Virus record (IMG/VR): IMGVR_UViG_3300031992_000007
Span: 1 to 64,000 of that record
Reading direction: 5' to 3' (one strand)
DNA from: a virus
Lineage: Duplodnaviria; Caudoviricetes
Length of the DNA: 64,000 nt
The notes below the pieces were generated by a model. The model ran no database searches and was not told the origin of the DNA. It worked only from the letters and a program-made list of their open reading frames with translations. The translations under genes were made by a program, and so were the position numbers. This document shows, piece by piece, positions 28,497 to 38,725 of the stretch (its first letter is position 1; every line of letters starts with the position of its first letter).

Positions 28497-28966
28497 GATT
28501 CGACCCTCCAGTGACTTCCACCGAACATACGAATGAATCGATATTCAATCTTTGTCCTGCATACAGGTTCACCAAGTTGGATATTAAAGTCCCTGTAGAT
28601 CTTGTCCGCAGTACGTCTAAGATGACACTTGGGATTTGGATCTATCTGAGGTCCAACTGTATAAAGGTAGTCGTGCAGAAGAGCCACGTACAACCTGGGG
28701 ATATCTGTGGGTGTACCGAATATCGGCCAGAGTATCCTAGGTATAGTAGCACCATCTGTTATAAACCCAGCAGGAATACGATAGATCACATCGTCATACT
28801 TGACTTCCCAAGGCTCAAGGAGAACCCACCATTGTTCCTTAGTCTTAAGATCATAATGCGGTTCCAGCTTAGGAGCAAGTTCTTTATTGATCTCAGTGAA
28901 TCGATCCGTAAATATACGTTCATTACTGTGTTCTGATGGAGTCAATATCCAAAACTTCTTGCTCAT
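28493..28966 (-). CDS. DUF1353-family protein
   Basis: IPAGFITDGATIPRILW, ALLHDYLY, RRTADKIY motifs. Confidence 0.8.
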   Translation of the reverse strand: MSKKFWILTPSEHSNERIFTDRFTEINKELAPKLEPHYDLKTKEQWWVLLEPWEVKYDDVIYRIPAGFITDGATIPRILWPIFGTPTDIPRLYVALLHDYLYTVGPQIDPNPKCHLRRTADKIYRDFNIQLGEPVCRTKIEYRFIRMFGGSHWRVES

Positions 28967-29057
28967 AGAACCCTCCTTCTTTCCATCGTATCAAAAAATA
29001 GTTAAATAAAATAAAACCAACACCCCTGCCTACACAGGCAGGGGTGCTAGATAGAGC

Positions 29058-29450
29058 TTACTCCTTAGGGATAGACTCTCGACATATTGGACACGGTCGA
29101 GCTTCCTTGACAGTGTCAATGTCCCAAGGAAGACAGCATGTGTCTACGAGTAGATCTCCAGGGAGACCTATGCACGACACGATACCAGCAACTGGACCCC
29201 AGAAGTGTCTCCACTCGTACTTAGGAGGTGCTTCTCTCCACGCGAAGGCGAAGAGATGTCCTCTCAAGTGAAGTGAAGGATAGAGACACATTGGGTAGAA
29301 ATAAGCACCATACACTTCGTTGGTCTTATACCATTCTCCAGATACTGGATCTTTGTGCATCTCCCAACTATGTTCTCTAGGGCAGAGACGTATGACACTC
29401 ATGCACCCCGCAACAAGAGCAAGTCCCACTAATGTCAATAGTTTCTTCAT
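29058..29450 (-). CDS. YceK/YidQ-like lipoprotein
   Basis: Lipobox LVAG-C; C-terminal LPGDLLVDTCCLPWD resembles the YceK/YidQ DLPxSxxxDTLLLP motif. Confidence 0.6.
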   Translation of the reverse strand: MKKLLTLVGLALVAGCMSVIRLCPREHSWEMHKDPVSGEWYKTNEVYGAYFYPMCLYPSLHLRGHLFAFAWREAPPKYEWRHFWGPVAGIVSCIGLPGDLLVDTCCLPWDIDTVKEARPCPICRESIPKE

Positions 29451-29459
29451 GTGTTACCC

Positions 29460-30167
29460 CTAGTCATCGATGTGCTTCATGCAACCCTTGAGAACCTCTC
29501 CATAGAGGAACTGATCTTTGGCAGCATTCCAGTCAAGCGTAGCAAAACCATTCTCGCCCCACTTCGCTCCCCAGCTATTCTGGATCTGGAGACCATTCTG
29601 ATTATAGCCACAGATCAGTACTGCATGACCACCAAGAGGCTTAGCTCCCTTGGTTACAGGGATCCAACCCTTGCACTTGTTGTCACACTTATACCAGTCT
29701 TCAGTGATCATGAAACCACCAACCACGCAGCCGTACTTGTGGATAGCATACCTGAGGTCGTCGAGATTACCACCAAAAGCACGAATCATCTTGGGTTTGC
29801 ACTCTTGGTCGAACAGTTTCGGATAGACATCGAGCAAAGCCTGCATAGCTGCAGGAAGAGTCGTACCGTCAGTCTCATCACCATCTATCTCCTTGGCCCT
29901 AGCATAGACCTTATCATAGTCCAGCTGAGTGGGATAGTTGTCCTGCTTCCAGAGGATGTTCTCTGCCCAAGAGGTAGTAGAGTAAGCAGCGCACTTGCTG
30001 GTCGCACCCTGGTTCTCAGTAATAGTGCAAAGACCCATGGAGTTCACAACTGTAGGAGCAATGAACTTGTTCGTGGCCCGCATGATCGGAATCTTCGAAA
30101 GACCTTTAGGGAGTTTGAGGAAGCCAGCAGGGCAATCCTGCATGAGCTGTATCTGTTTCTTTGTCAT
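29460..30167 (-). CDS. papain-like cysteine peptidase (family C1)
   Basis: NQGATSKCAAYS (Gln oxyanion hole and Cys), GGHAVLICGY (His), IQNSWGAKWGENG (Asn). Confidence 0.9.
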   Translation of the reverse strand: MTKKQIQLMQDCPAGFLKLPKGLSKIPIMRATNKFIAPTVVNSMGLCTITENQGATSKCAAYSTTSWAENILWKQDNYPTQLDYDKVYARAKEIDGDETDGTTLPAAMQALLDVYPKLFDQECKPKMIRAFGGNLDDLRYAIHKYGCVVGGFMITEDWYKCDNKCKGWIPVTKGAKPLGGHAVLICGYNQNGLQIQNSWGAKWGENGFATLDWNAAKDQFLYGEVLKGCMKHIDD

Positions 30168-30181
30168 TTGTTTTCTCCTTA

Positions 30182-31078
30182 TTAGAATGAATAACCGAAT
30201 GTAATACATCCGTAGTCAGGTGATTCCTTCTGTCCTTCGAACTCATCTGTTCTGAAGCACATGATGTAGGACACGTAGAAGTCATAAGCCTTCAATACAG
30301 CACCCACACGAAGCTCAGTTACAAACGGTTCGATATCGACATTGCAAAGTTTGTCATCCTTGTTGTTGAACAAACTACCTTCAATGATGTGATTGTATAG
30401 GTAGTACCTTTCACCAACACCACCAAATACCCAGCAACTAACCTTGTCTAGCCAAGACCTTTTAGCTGGAGCAGAGAACATAATGTTGTTACCAACATCT
30501 TTGTGTTCACGTATGTTCCAGCCTATCTTGAGGTCGCATCCGACTTCCAAAGCATCCTGTAGAGTACCAGCAAGAATACCTGCCCTAGGTACAAGGGCAA
30601 TGTAGTCATTGAAGTAGTAGTTGTATTTCGTCCACCACTGTCCATTGACTACGAACTCATCGTGAAGTTGATGATGCCAACCTTTAGGTTCTTTGCAGTC
30701 AAGCCATCTGTGAACCCACTTCTGTGTTTCGCCAGCTTTGGCTGAAGGTCCAATCATACCGAAGTTGAGTTCACCGTAGTGAGTCCAAGGTGATTCGGGA
30801 TCTTGGAAGAACTCATAACCGACTCCGCCTAAGAGTAGACCACAGTAAGGTCTGTCTTTAGGATCAGGTGGGTTACGTGATAGATCCTTGGGGGCATACA
30901 TGTTCTGCTGGAGTTTGAAATGGATTCGGTTATCCGTAACCAATTCAAAACCAGTACCGTGGGTATAGTCCGAATCACTGTGGAACCCGAAGCAATCGTT
31001 CTCTAGAGTAAGGTAAGCTTCAGTAGCATTACCAGCAAATACCCAAGCTAGGCTAAGCAAAAATAAAAGCTTCTTCAT
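30182..31078 (-). CDS. LpxR-family lipid A 3'-O-deacylase-like outer-membrane beta-barrel
   Basis: Signal peptide; ENDCF...DSDYTHG, RPYCG, GMIGPSAKAGETQKWVH, GWHHQL motifs; C-terminal aromatic residue (YSF). Confidence 0.8.
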   Translation of the reverse strand: MKKLLFLLSLAWVFAGNATEAYLTLENDCFGFHSDSDYTHGTGFELVTDNRIHFKLQQNMYAPKDLSRNPPDPKDRPYCGLLLGGVGYEFFQDPESPWTHYGELNFGMIGPSAKAGETQKWVHRWLDCKEPKGWHHQLHDEFVVNGQWWTKYNYYFNDYIALVPRAGILAGTLQDALEVGCDLKIGWNIREHKDVGNNIMFSAPAKRSWLDKVSCWVFGGVGERYYLYNHIIEGSLFNNKDDKLCNVDIEPFVTELRVGAVLKAYDFYVSYIMCFRTDEFEGQKESPDYGCITFGYSF

Positions 31079-31086
31079 TGTCTCAC

Positions 31087-31251
31087 CTACTTCCAGTATG
31101 GGGTGTATGCTGGCATAGCTCTACCATCCTGAATAGGAACTGATGGAAAATCGGCACTGTAACCAGTCTTGGTAGAGGTGGACGAATCGGGAGTGGTTGT
31201 GCATCCAGCTAGGAGTGCGGCGACCACAAAAGCAAAAAATAATTGTTTCAT
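31087..31251 (-). CDS. small lipoprotein (54 aa, below the ORF-track cutoff)
   Basis: AAGGAGA RBS; MKQLFFAFVVAALLAG-CTTTPDSS...PYWK*. Confidence 0.65.
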   Translation of the reverse strand: MKQLFFAFVVAALLAGCTTTPDSSTSTKTGYSADFPSVPIQDGRAMPAYTPYWK

Positions 31252-31352
31252 TGTTTTCTCCTTATTAGAGTGCGTTTCTTCATAGCATGGAGCGGATGAA
31301 TCTTCGTCTTGTTAAGGTATATCCAGTTTGCACTGAATATACCAACCAGAAG

Positions 31353-31613
31353 TTAAGGACATTCTGGAAAGTCCGGCAGACGAATACCGTGGTCTGCCAT
31401 CAGGTTGAACATCGTCGTAGCGATGTCCACTAGCCACAGACGAAAATGCATTTCGTCCATGACATAGAGCTCTGCAGTATCGAACGTGACGAAGTGGTTA
31501 TCTTTGTACATACGTACAGAAGCATTGTACCACTTGCCGCTCGACCTGCTACTGCAGCTCTCAAGATGTATCTGGAAAGACACATCTGCCGAGCTAGTAT
31601 TGACTGCTCCCAT
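31353..31613 (-). CDS. hypothetical protein
   Basis: AAGGAGGTG RBS; TATATTAC promoter motif upstream. Confidence 0.6.
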   Translation of the reverse strand: MGAVNTSSADVSFQIHLESCSSRSSGKWYNASVRMYKDNHFVTFDTAELYVMDEMHFRLWLVDIATTMFNLMADHGIRLPDFPECP

Positions 31614-31662
31614 TTTTCACCTCCTTGTGGTGTGGATAGACCTGAATTGGTCTATAGCACCT

Positions 31663-31675
31663 AAGTAATATATAC
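31663..31675 (-). promoter_or_regulatory. phiKZ-type early promoter motif TATATTAC
   Basis: Minus strand GTATATATTACTT, just downstream of the terminator hairpin at 31693-31722. Confidence 0.65.
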
Positions 31676-31743
31676 ATAATCAAAAACGAACAGCGCCTCC
31701 CTGCCTTGCAGCAGGGAGGCGCCTTTCTATTTGTGAATGCTGA

Positions 31744-32415
31744 TTACTCTATGCAATCAGTGACAGGGAGCGAGCACGGGCTGATATCGAAGTCATCCGT
31801 GTCGTCGGAACGCAGGAATCCATTCGGACCTTCCCAGCACTTCTTGGTAGGATCATCCTGTTCGTCCGCCTGTGGACAGGGGTTGCGTTGAGACTGTTCC
31901 CACGAGGCGACTGTGCAAGTGTACACGAGACACTTGTTGATGCCAGAGGACTCTTCACAAGACTTCTTCGTCTCAGCAGCCTTGTTGAGTCGCCAGATAT
32001 AGTCCAGAGCTTCGAGACCTTGTTCGGTCTTAAGGATCTTGGCTATGTTGACTATCACGTACTTCTCGAACGACTTCTTCCAGTAGTCCCTGATCTCCAC
32101 TGGAGTAGAGATAAGCTGGATCTTTTCGACGATCGGCCCGAACGGCTTTTCCGCCCAGACAAATGGCTGCTCCGGGACATCCATAACGGACACTGTGCCC
32201 AAGAGTAGTTTCTTGTGCGTCGTCTTCCAGTAGATGAACCTAACGAACAAAGTGAAATCAAGATGATTCACTTCTCCGGTGTCATCCGACCTGCTGCTAT
32301 ACGCCCCTACATGGAGGTAGAGGTCGTACGCATCTGCGATCTGTCCAGTCGCAGTGATTTTCATATCGACGGACCGCCCAACCATTGAGCCGCCGTCTAG
32401 TGCCTTGCTTAGCAT
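31744..32415 (-). CDS. hypothetical protein with Cys-containing C-terminus
   Basis: 223 aa; followed by hairpin GCGCCTCCCTGC/GCAGGGAGGCGC. Confidence 0.6.
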   Translation of the reverse strand: MLSKALDGGSMVGRSVDMKITATGQIADAYDLYLHVGAYSSRSDDTGEVNHLDFTLFVRFIYWKTTHKKLLLGTVSVMDVPEQPFVWAEKPFGPIVEKIQLISTPVEIRDYWKKSFEKYVIVNIAKILKTEQGLEALDYIWRLNKAAETKKSCEESSGINKCLVYTCTVASWEQSQRNPCPQADEQDDPTKKCWEGPNGFLRSDDTDDFDISPCSLPVTDCIE

Positions 32416-32547
32416 TGTTTACCTTCTTTCTTTTTTGTTGTTACTACAAGCGTATGCCGAACGTCGGATCATTCCACTTGAGCATAATAAAGGTAATGAA
32501 AATAAAAGATGACAGCCTCTCTGCCCTTCATGGGCAGAGAGGGACAT

Positions 32548-32826
32548 TCACAACACTTCATTAGTCACGTCTTTGAATTTACCTTCCGCTTCAGCCTGCA
32601 TCATAAGACACAGATCGTGTGCCATCTTCTCAGCTTCCGCAGCAGGATCTTCAATCTTCCGCTGACCACAAAGAACATCGAGAGGTGCACTGACATGCAT
32701 ACCTAGAAGACCTCTCTTCTCCTTCTTGAACTTGATGATCTTGTCGGCTTTGGATACCCAAGTACCTTCACCGTCAATAACAGACTTGATAAAGTCTGCA
32801 AGTTCGTCGTCACGTTTTCCTGGCAT
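32548..32826 (-). CDS. hypothetical protein
   Basis: AAGGAGGTG RBS; 92 aa; terminator at 32517-32543. Confidence 0.65.
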   Translation of the reverse strand: MPGKRDDELADFIKSVIDGEGTWVSKADKIIKFKKEKRGLLGMHVSAPLDVLCGQRKIEDPAAEAEKMAHDLCLMMQAEAEGKFKDVTNEVL

Positions 32827-32835
32827 AACACCTCC

Positions 32836-33948
32836 TTAGTCAGGCTTGACTACTTTGTTGATCTTGAAGTTAAGACAGAACTTCTCGAAGGTCATCATGT
32901 CACAACCGTATTTAGGGTAGGTCTTGAGTTCTCTCACCTCGATGACTGTCTTGCTGGAGTTGGCCATAGCCTTAGCAATCCAGGATATCAAAGCGTCTGA
33001 ACCGGGAGCCTTCCAGTCGTTAGTCTTGAAAGAACCCCACGAACCTTCGAGCCACATCCATTTCTTACTTGTCGGATCCTCGTAGATAACTGCAGTGTGT
33101 GCAGCCGAGTCGTGGTTGTAGTTCTCTCCACAGAGGAAGTAGGCTTTGTACTTGATGGGTGTCTTCTTGAGAGCAGCGATGCTCATAGCCACAGTGTCAT
33201 AACACACACCGCAGCCAGCGGAGATGGTCTCCTCTGGTGTGGCAAGTCTCCACACTTCGAAGTCATCGTCTATAGTAGTACTGTTGTGAGTATCCCTCCA
33301 CGGCTTACCAGTCTTGGGATCTCTAAGCCCGTACTGAAGTCTAGAGAACTCTTTCTTGAGACGGTCTATGACTAGAGTCTTCTCGTGAGACAAGTTGTCG
33401 CAACCGAAGATCTCAACAGACTTCTGGTCAGACACTCTCTTGTACCTATCGGGAAGAAGCCTCCAGTTGGAACAAGTCCTCTTCTGCTCAGCATCGTCAG
33501 GCTCAAGATGGATCATGTCGATACCAGTGCGAGCCCTCCATGAATGACATGGGTCTGCAGCAAGCATCTTGTATACCTTGGGTGGATACTTGGCTTTGAT
33601 AGTAGAGAGCTTGTACGGTCTCTCGTACTTTGTCTTCTTCAGAGTGAGAACTGCAATGTAATCGAACTTCTTGAGATATTTCTGCTGCCCTTCTGTCAAG
33701 TCCTTGTAGTACTTGCTGTCTTCGACATTGTGTATGACAGTCTTGTCTACAATTTCAAAACAATAGTTCTCATCAACTTCCTCAGAATACACATAGTCGC
33801 CCTTGTCATACTTGTTCGCATCGTCAGATACACGATGCGTCACGATAGTGTTCCTGGGTTTGAGAGACTGTATTTCTTCGGCAGGGAACTTTATGTCTTT
33901 TATGACATCTTCAACGACCTTAGTAAGTGCTTCTAAAGAATAACGCAT
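32836..33948 (-). CDS. protein with C-terminal transglutaminase-like (Cys-His-acid) domain
   Basis: GCGVCYDTV, AHTAVIY, WMWLEGSW pattern. Confidence 0.6.
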   Translation of the reverse strand: MRYSLEALTKVVEDVIKDIKFPAEEIQSLKPRNTIVTHRVSDDANKYDKGDYVYSEEVDENYCFEIVDKTVIHNVEDSKYYKDLTEGQQKYLKKFDYIAVLTLKKTKYERPYKLSTIKAKYPPKVYKMLAADPCHSWRARTGIDMIHLEPDDAEQKRTCSNWRLLPDRYKRVSDQKSVEIFGCDNLSHEKTLVIDRLKKEFSRLQYGLRDPKTGKPWRDTHNSTTIDDDFEVWRLATPEETISAGCGVCYDTVAMSIAALKKTPIKYKAYFLCGENYNHDSAAHTAVIYEDPTSKKWMWLEGSWGSFKTNDWKAPGSDALISWIAKAMANSSKTVIEVRELKTYPKYGCDMMTFEKFCLNFKINKVVKPD

Positions 33949-34004
33949 AAAACCTCCTGCTATCCTCAAAGGATAGCAGGAAGGTGTTAGTTAATCACGG
34001 ACAA

Positions 34005-36227
34005 TCAGTCGACATGAAGAACACGATCTTTGATCTCCTGAGTGCGACCCTGATTCCAGTAGTTGCTACCCAGGTATCCGCAAGTACGTCTCACGACACT
34101 CATCTTGGACTGATCACGGTTACCACAGTTCGGGCATTCCCAAACCAGCTTACCATTATCATCCTTGACTATCTTGATCTCGCCATCAAAACCACAGCAT
34201 TCGCAGTAGTCGCTCTTGGTGTTCAGTTCAGCATACATGATGTTATCATAGATAAACTTCATGATGCTAAGAACCGCACCAACGTTCTTCTGCAAGTCGG
34301 GAACTTCGACATACGAAATCGCTCCGCCAGGAGAAAGCTTCTGGAACTTGGCTTCACCCGCTAGCTTCTCGAACGCAGTAACCTTCTCTGTCACCTTGTA
34401 GTGATAAGAGTTGGTTATGTAGTTTTTGTCAGACACGTCGGGAATAATACCGAAATCTCTCTGAAGGGCCTTGGCGAACTTGTAAGTGACACTTTCAATG
34501 GGAGTGCCGTATATTGAGTAATCAATATCTTCAGCCGCTTTCCACTTGGCTGTGTACTCATTGAGTTTCTGCATGATCTTGAGACCAAGCTCTTCACCTT
34601 CTGGTTCGTTGAGCTTCTTATCGATAAGTGCACGCACACATTCCCAAAGTCCAGCATAACCCAGAGAGATGGTAGAATATCCACCGTAGAGAAGCTTATC
34701 TATCTTCTCTCCCTTATTAAGTCTTGCCAGAGCTCCATACTGCCAGTGGATTGGAGAGGTGTCCGACAGAGTCCCGAGAAGACGTTCGTGTCTGCAACGG
34801 AGTGCGCGATGACATAGTTCAGCCACTTCATCCAGTCTGGTCCAGAACTTCTGAAGATCTCTTCCTGCCTCCAACGCAACATAGGGTAGGTCGATTGTAA
34901 CCACGCCTTGGTTGAAGCGACCGTAATATTTAGGCTTAGTAGGATCGTAGTCTTTAGCACGGGCTACATTGTTGAAACCATTGCCAGAACGATCGGGTGT
35001 GAGGAATGAACGGCAACCCATACATGTGTAGGTATCACCATGTCCAACTTCTTCTCCCTTAGAGAGTTTATACTCCTTCATCTTCTTCTCAGAGATGTAG
35101 TCTGGGACAAGACGTTTCGCAGTGCACTTGGCAGCAAGTTCAGTGAGATACCAGTAAGGAGCATTTTCCGTGATGTTATCTTCTTCAAGAGTGTAGATCA
35201 GCTTCGGGAAAGCCGGAGTGACATAAACACCAGCTTCATTCTTGACACCCTGGATCCTCTGCTTAAGAGTCTCCTCAATGATCAAAGCAAGATCTGCTTT
35301 GGTCTGAGGATCAGTAGCTTCACCAAGGTACATGTACACCGTAACAAACGGGGTCTGACCATTGGTGGTTTGCAGAGTAAGGATCTGATACTGAATGGTC
35401 TGAATACCAGCAGCTATCTCCCTACGAAGCCTTGCTGCAACCATGCGTTCGATATCATCACCACTAATAAGCAGACCGTTAGTTTCTTCCTCAACCTGTT
35501 TACGGATCTTCTGACGAGACACCTCTACAAATGGAGCCAGGTGGGTCAAGCTAATGGACTGGCCGCCGTACTGACAGGAAGCAACCTGCGCAACTATCTG
35601 GGTAGCGATGTTGCAAGCAGAAAGGAAGCTGTGTGGCTTCTCGATCATGGTACCAGAAATGACAGTTCCATTCTGAAGCATGTCATTCAGGTTAACCAAG
35701 CAACAGTTGTGAATATGCTGACTGTAGTAGTCAGCATCATGGAAGTGGATGAGTCCCTTGTCATGAGCCTCTACAATATCCTTAGGGAGAAGGACACGTC
35801 TTGTGAGGTCCTTGCTAACCTCTCCAGCCATATAGTCACGCTGTGTAGATGCAATGACAGGATTCTTATTGGAGTTCTCCTGCTTAACCTCTTCGTTCTG
35901 ACACTCGACGAGAGCAAGTACAGCATTGTCCGTGGTATTCCTCTTCCTGGCTTCTGTACGAGAATACCGATACACGGCATAGCTCATCGCAAGGCGACCG
36001 AAACCACGATCGGCAAGCTCGTTCTGAACTTTATCCTGTATCTCTTCTACCCCAGTGGCACGTTCGAACCCCCTGCACCAAGAGGTAACTTCTTCAACAA
36101 CAGACTTTAGTTGGTCTTCTGGTATACGGAATTTTTCATCGACTGACGTATTGGCTTTACCTATCGCTACTGCGATGCGATTAGGATCGAACTGAACCTC
36201 GGATCCATTGCGTTTGATCACGTTCAT
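34005..36227 (-). CDS. nrdD: anaerobic (class III) ribonucleoside-triphosphate reductase with ATP cone
   Basis: VIKRNGSEVQFD ATP cone, HFHDADY, NCCL, QYGGQS, MGCRSFL, CECCG/CPNCG, glycyl-radical motif RRTCGYLG. Confidence 0.97.
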   Translation of the reverse strand: MNVIKRNGSEVQFDPNRIAVAIGKANTSVDEKFRIPEDQLKSVVEEVTSWCRGFERATGVEEIQDKVQNELADRGFGRLAMSYAVYRYSRTEARKRNTTDNAVLALVECQNEEVKQENSNKNPVIASTQRDYMAGEVSKDLTRRVLLPKDIVEAHDKGLIHFHDADYYSQHIHNCCLVNLNDMLQNGTVISGTMIEKPHSFLSACNIATQIVAQVASCQYGGQSISLTHLAPFVEVSRQKIRKQVEEETNGLLISGDDIERMVAARLRREIAAGIQTIQYQILTLQTTNGQTPFVTVYMYLGEATDPQTKADLALIIEETLKQRIQGVKNEAGVYVTPAFPKLIYTLEEDNITENAPYWYLTELAAKCTAKRLVPDYISEKKMKEYKLSKGEEVGHGDTYTCMGCRSFLTPDRSGNGFNNVARAKDYDPTKPKYYGRFNQGVVTIDLPYVALEAGRDLQKFWTRLDEVAELCHRALRCRHERLLGTLSDTSPIHWQYGALARLNKGEKIDKLLYGGYSTISLGYAGLWECVRALIDKKLNEPEGEELGLKIMQKLNEYTAKWKAAEDIDYSIYGTPIESVTYKFAKALQRDFGIIPDVSDKNYITNSYHYKVTEKVTAFEKLAGEAKFQKLSPGGAISYVEVPDLQKNVGAVLSIMKFIYDNIMYAELNTKSDYCECCGFDGEIKIVKDDNGKLVWECPNCGNRDQSKMSVVRRTCGYLGSNYWNQGRTQEIKDRVLHVD

Positions 36228-36500
36228 GTGTTTGTTTCTCCTTACTTTACACCTTGCCCTTCCCAACGTCTATTTTGCCGAAATGACGGCATAGTCCCCT
36301 GCCCGCTTACCGAAGTAAACGGGCAGGTTAGTGCGTCGAATTAACCCTTCCGGGATTCGATGTAGGCTGACTTGCTGGGCAAGAATTAACTACCTTGGGA
36401 ATCAAGATGTTAAGCACATTTTAACCCCAAGATCGCATACAATATTGTTCCTTTACAGGCAGTACATATCGACCAATAATATCTAAAAATAGAAGTACCA

Positions 36501-36526
36501 GCGCAACCCCACTGAAGGGGTTGCGC
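36501..36526 (-). terminator. terminase gene terminator
   Basis: GCGCAACCCC/GGGGTTGCGC hairpin just past the stop codon. Confidence 0.6.
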
Positions 36527-36534
36527 GTGGTTAG

Positions 36535-38637
36535 TTAGACGAACTTCATGTAGACATCTGGAGTGATGTTGGACATCGTCCTGGCCATCTGTTTCGAGTT
36601 CTTATTGATCTGATCCATCGGCTTCAGAGCAGAGTCCTCTTCCTTGGGAGCATCTCCATAAACAGCAACTAGTTTCTGGAGTTCTCTCTGGAAGACAGAA
36701 ACAACAGCAGGGTTGTCTTTGTTGTTCTTGATCTTCTGGGTAAGATCCCTGATCTGTTCGAAGGCCAACATCTCAGCCTTCTTCTTATCGGGGTCTACAA
36801 GTTCCCCATTAGACCGAACTTGACACATCAGCTCATCAGGACGTATTCCGTAGAACTGGTGATGAAGACCGAATAAGATGAAATACACCGCCAATAAGAA
36901 GGCTATTAACAAGTCGTCATGCCCAGATTCGGTATGGTCAACTCTACCATTCTTCATGGTCAAACCAGATATCTGATCCACCAACGAAGCATCATTAAGT
37001 CTATCACCGACCAAGTTAAGGGCATTCATAAGAACCGAAGAATACAGAAGATTGCGAGAGCTGGATGTTGTACTGAACCCGAAGTTCTTCCTTACTGTAC
37101 CATCGTCGTAGTTGAGGTTGTTCACATTCGTATCCGAGTTGTACTCCTGGAAGTACTTATTGTAGATACGAGTGAGAGGGTTGAAGTTCTCCAACCTCAT
37201 ATTAGCGAAGATGTAATCCAGCATGAACGCTCCGTTCTTGTTACGTTCAGGGATGAAGATAGCCCTAGGGAAATCCTTGAGGAACTTCACGATGATCGTA
37301 GTGACGAAGTACAGGTTGGCGGTGTTACAGCAGAAGGTAGCAACAACATGGAGATCGTAAGGATCGATCATGCACATCGTGGTGAAGTCAGATCCAACAT
37401 TGTCCGAAGTATCAAGTCCGATAACATACGGACGGTTCCTAAGGCTTTCATCAGCCATAAGTACTTTGGGATCATCGTACCACTTGATGATAACAGATTC
37501 GATGTTCGTAACAGCAACAGGATCCTTCTTAGATGTCTGGATCTTCTCAAGCATTTCCTTACCGAAGATAGATCCATCTGCACCGTGGAGCCACTGGTTC
37601 AAATAGTCCTTGGCAACTACCTTGGGATCCTTAGCACGAGTAACGAAGTTGAACCACTCTTCATCTTTACCAAGCTGTTTATAGCTATACTCCAAGTAAA
37701 CATAGTCGTTCTTGGAGTTGTGGTGGACCATACTCCAGAGTTCATCCCTGTTAGCACAGTCATAGAGTCGTTCAGTGAATCTGAAAGCATCACAAGCTAG
37801 CAAGTAGCACCACCTACCTCGAGGATCATCGATATCCCCAGCAGTAGAAGTCATGATAACTGCAGCGGGTAGTCCAGTCTCCTTAGCTAGAGGAGCAGCG
37901 GTATCCATAGCAGCAATAGCCGAAGGATAGCTAAGGTGAATGTTGTTATAATACACAGTCTCGTCCCAAGACTCTGTGAAGAAGGACTGACCACGAGCCT
38001 GGTCACCAGCTGCTTGCTTATCAGACTGAGAGACGAAGGTAGTAAGCTTGGTATTCAGAGCATCGTAACTTACACCTTCCTTGTTGTTAGTGTCGTTGGC
38101 CGTTTGATAAAGCATCCATTGAGGAAGAGCATCTCTGATCTTCTTGAAACGGTCGACGTTTTCGTATTGAAGCTTGTTGCCACGGCAGAACATTCCCCAC
38201 GCAGCATCACGGGCGGCTAGATACAATGCCCATACTTGAAGAGCTGCGGTACCGATAGTCTTACCGATCTGTCGGGGCATCACCTGGAAAGAGTTGATAC
38301 TGTTGAAGTACAACCAAGCTTGTGCTAGGTTACTTCGGTTGAGTACGTAAGGAACTGCACCCATACCAGAGGCTGTAATACGGCAGACCTCTCTAAGGAA
38401 GTACCATGGGTTAACTTTGCTTTCCCACGAGATACGTTGTCTTAGCTCAAGACTTGGATCCTTCAGGTCGTGGGGGTCTATACCTACTAAGTCTTTATCG
38501 AACAGACTGAGGAAGAATAAATTGTTTTGCACACCCATCTTGTTAAGCAAAATTGAGAGTTTCAAAAAACTCAAATTAGGTGTGTTGTAATCAACGATAG
38601 CCCCCTGCTCCTGGAAGTCTTTCTGGAATAGAATCAT
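36535..38637 (-). CDS. terL: terminase large subunit (phiKZ gp25-like)
   Basis: NPWYFLRE, Walker A PRQIGKT, ARGQS...WDE Walker B, TSTAG, nuclease IGLDTSD, PERN, HDDLLIA. Confidence 0.92.
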   Translation of the reverse strand: MILFQKDFQEQGAIVDYNTPNLSFLKLSILLNKMGVQNNLFFLSLFDKDLVGIDPHDLKDPSLELRQRISWESKVNPWYFLREVCRITASGMGAVPYVLNRSNLAQAWLYFNSINSFQVMPRQIGKTIGTAALQVWALYLAARDAAWGMFCRGNKLQYENVDRFKKIRDALPQWMLYQTANDTNNKEGVSYDALNTKLTTFVSQSDKQAAGDQARGQSFFTESWDETVYYNNIHLSYPSAIAAMDTAAPLAKETGLPAAVIMTSTAGDIDDPRGRWCYLLACDAFRFTERLYDCANRDELWSMVHHNSKNDYVYLEYSYKQLGKDEEWFNFVTRAKDPKVVAKDYLNQWLHGADGSIFGKEMLEKIQTSKKDPVAVTNIESVIIKWYDDPKVLMADESLRNRPYVIGLDTSDNVGSDFTTMCMIDPYDLHVVATFCCNTANLYFVTTIIVKFLKDFPRAIFIPERNKNGAFMLDYIFANMRLENFNPLTRIYNKYFQEYNSDTNVNNLNYDDGTVRKNFGFSTTSSSRNLLYSSVLMNALNLVGDRLNDASLVDQISGLTMKNGRVDHTESGHDDLLIAFLLAVYFILFGLHHQFYGIRPDELMCQVRSNGELVDPDKKKAEMLAFEQIRDLTQKIKNNKDNPAVVSVFQRELQKLVAVYGDAPKEEDSALKPMDQINKNSKQMARTMSNITPDVYMKFV

Positions 38638-38725
38638 TGTAACCTCCTATTATTGCAGGATATAAAATTTATCGAAAAAGTAAATGTGTGCCTTCCCTCC
38701 CGCAAGGGAGGGAAGGATGAAAGAA

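Noticed and set aside
36438-36447. ACAATATTGT palindrome as an NrdR box upstream of nrdD
   Set aside because: Only a partial match to the 16-bp NrdR consensus, single copy, and far from the start codon.
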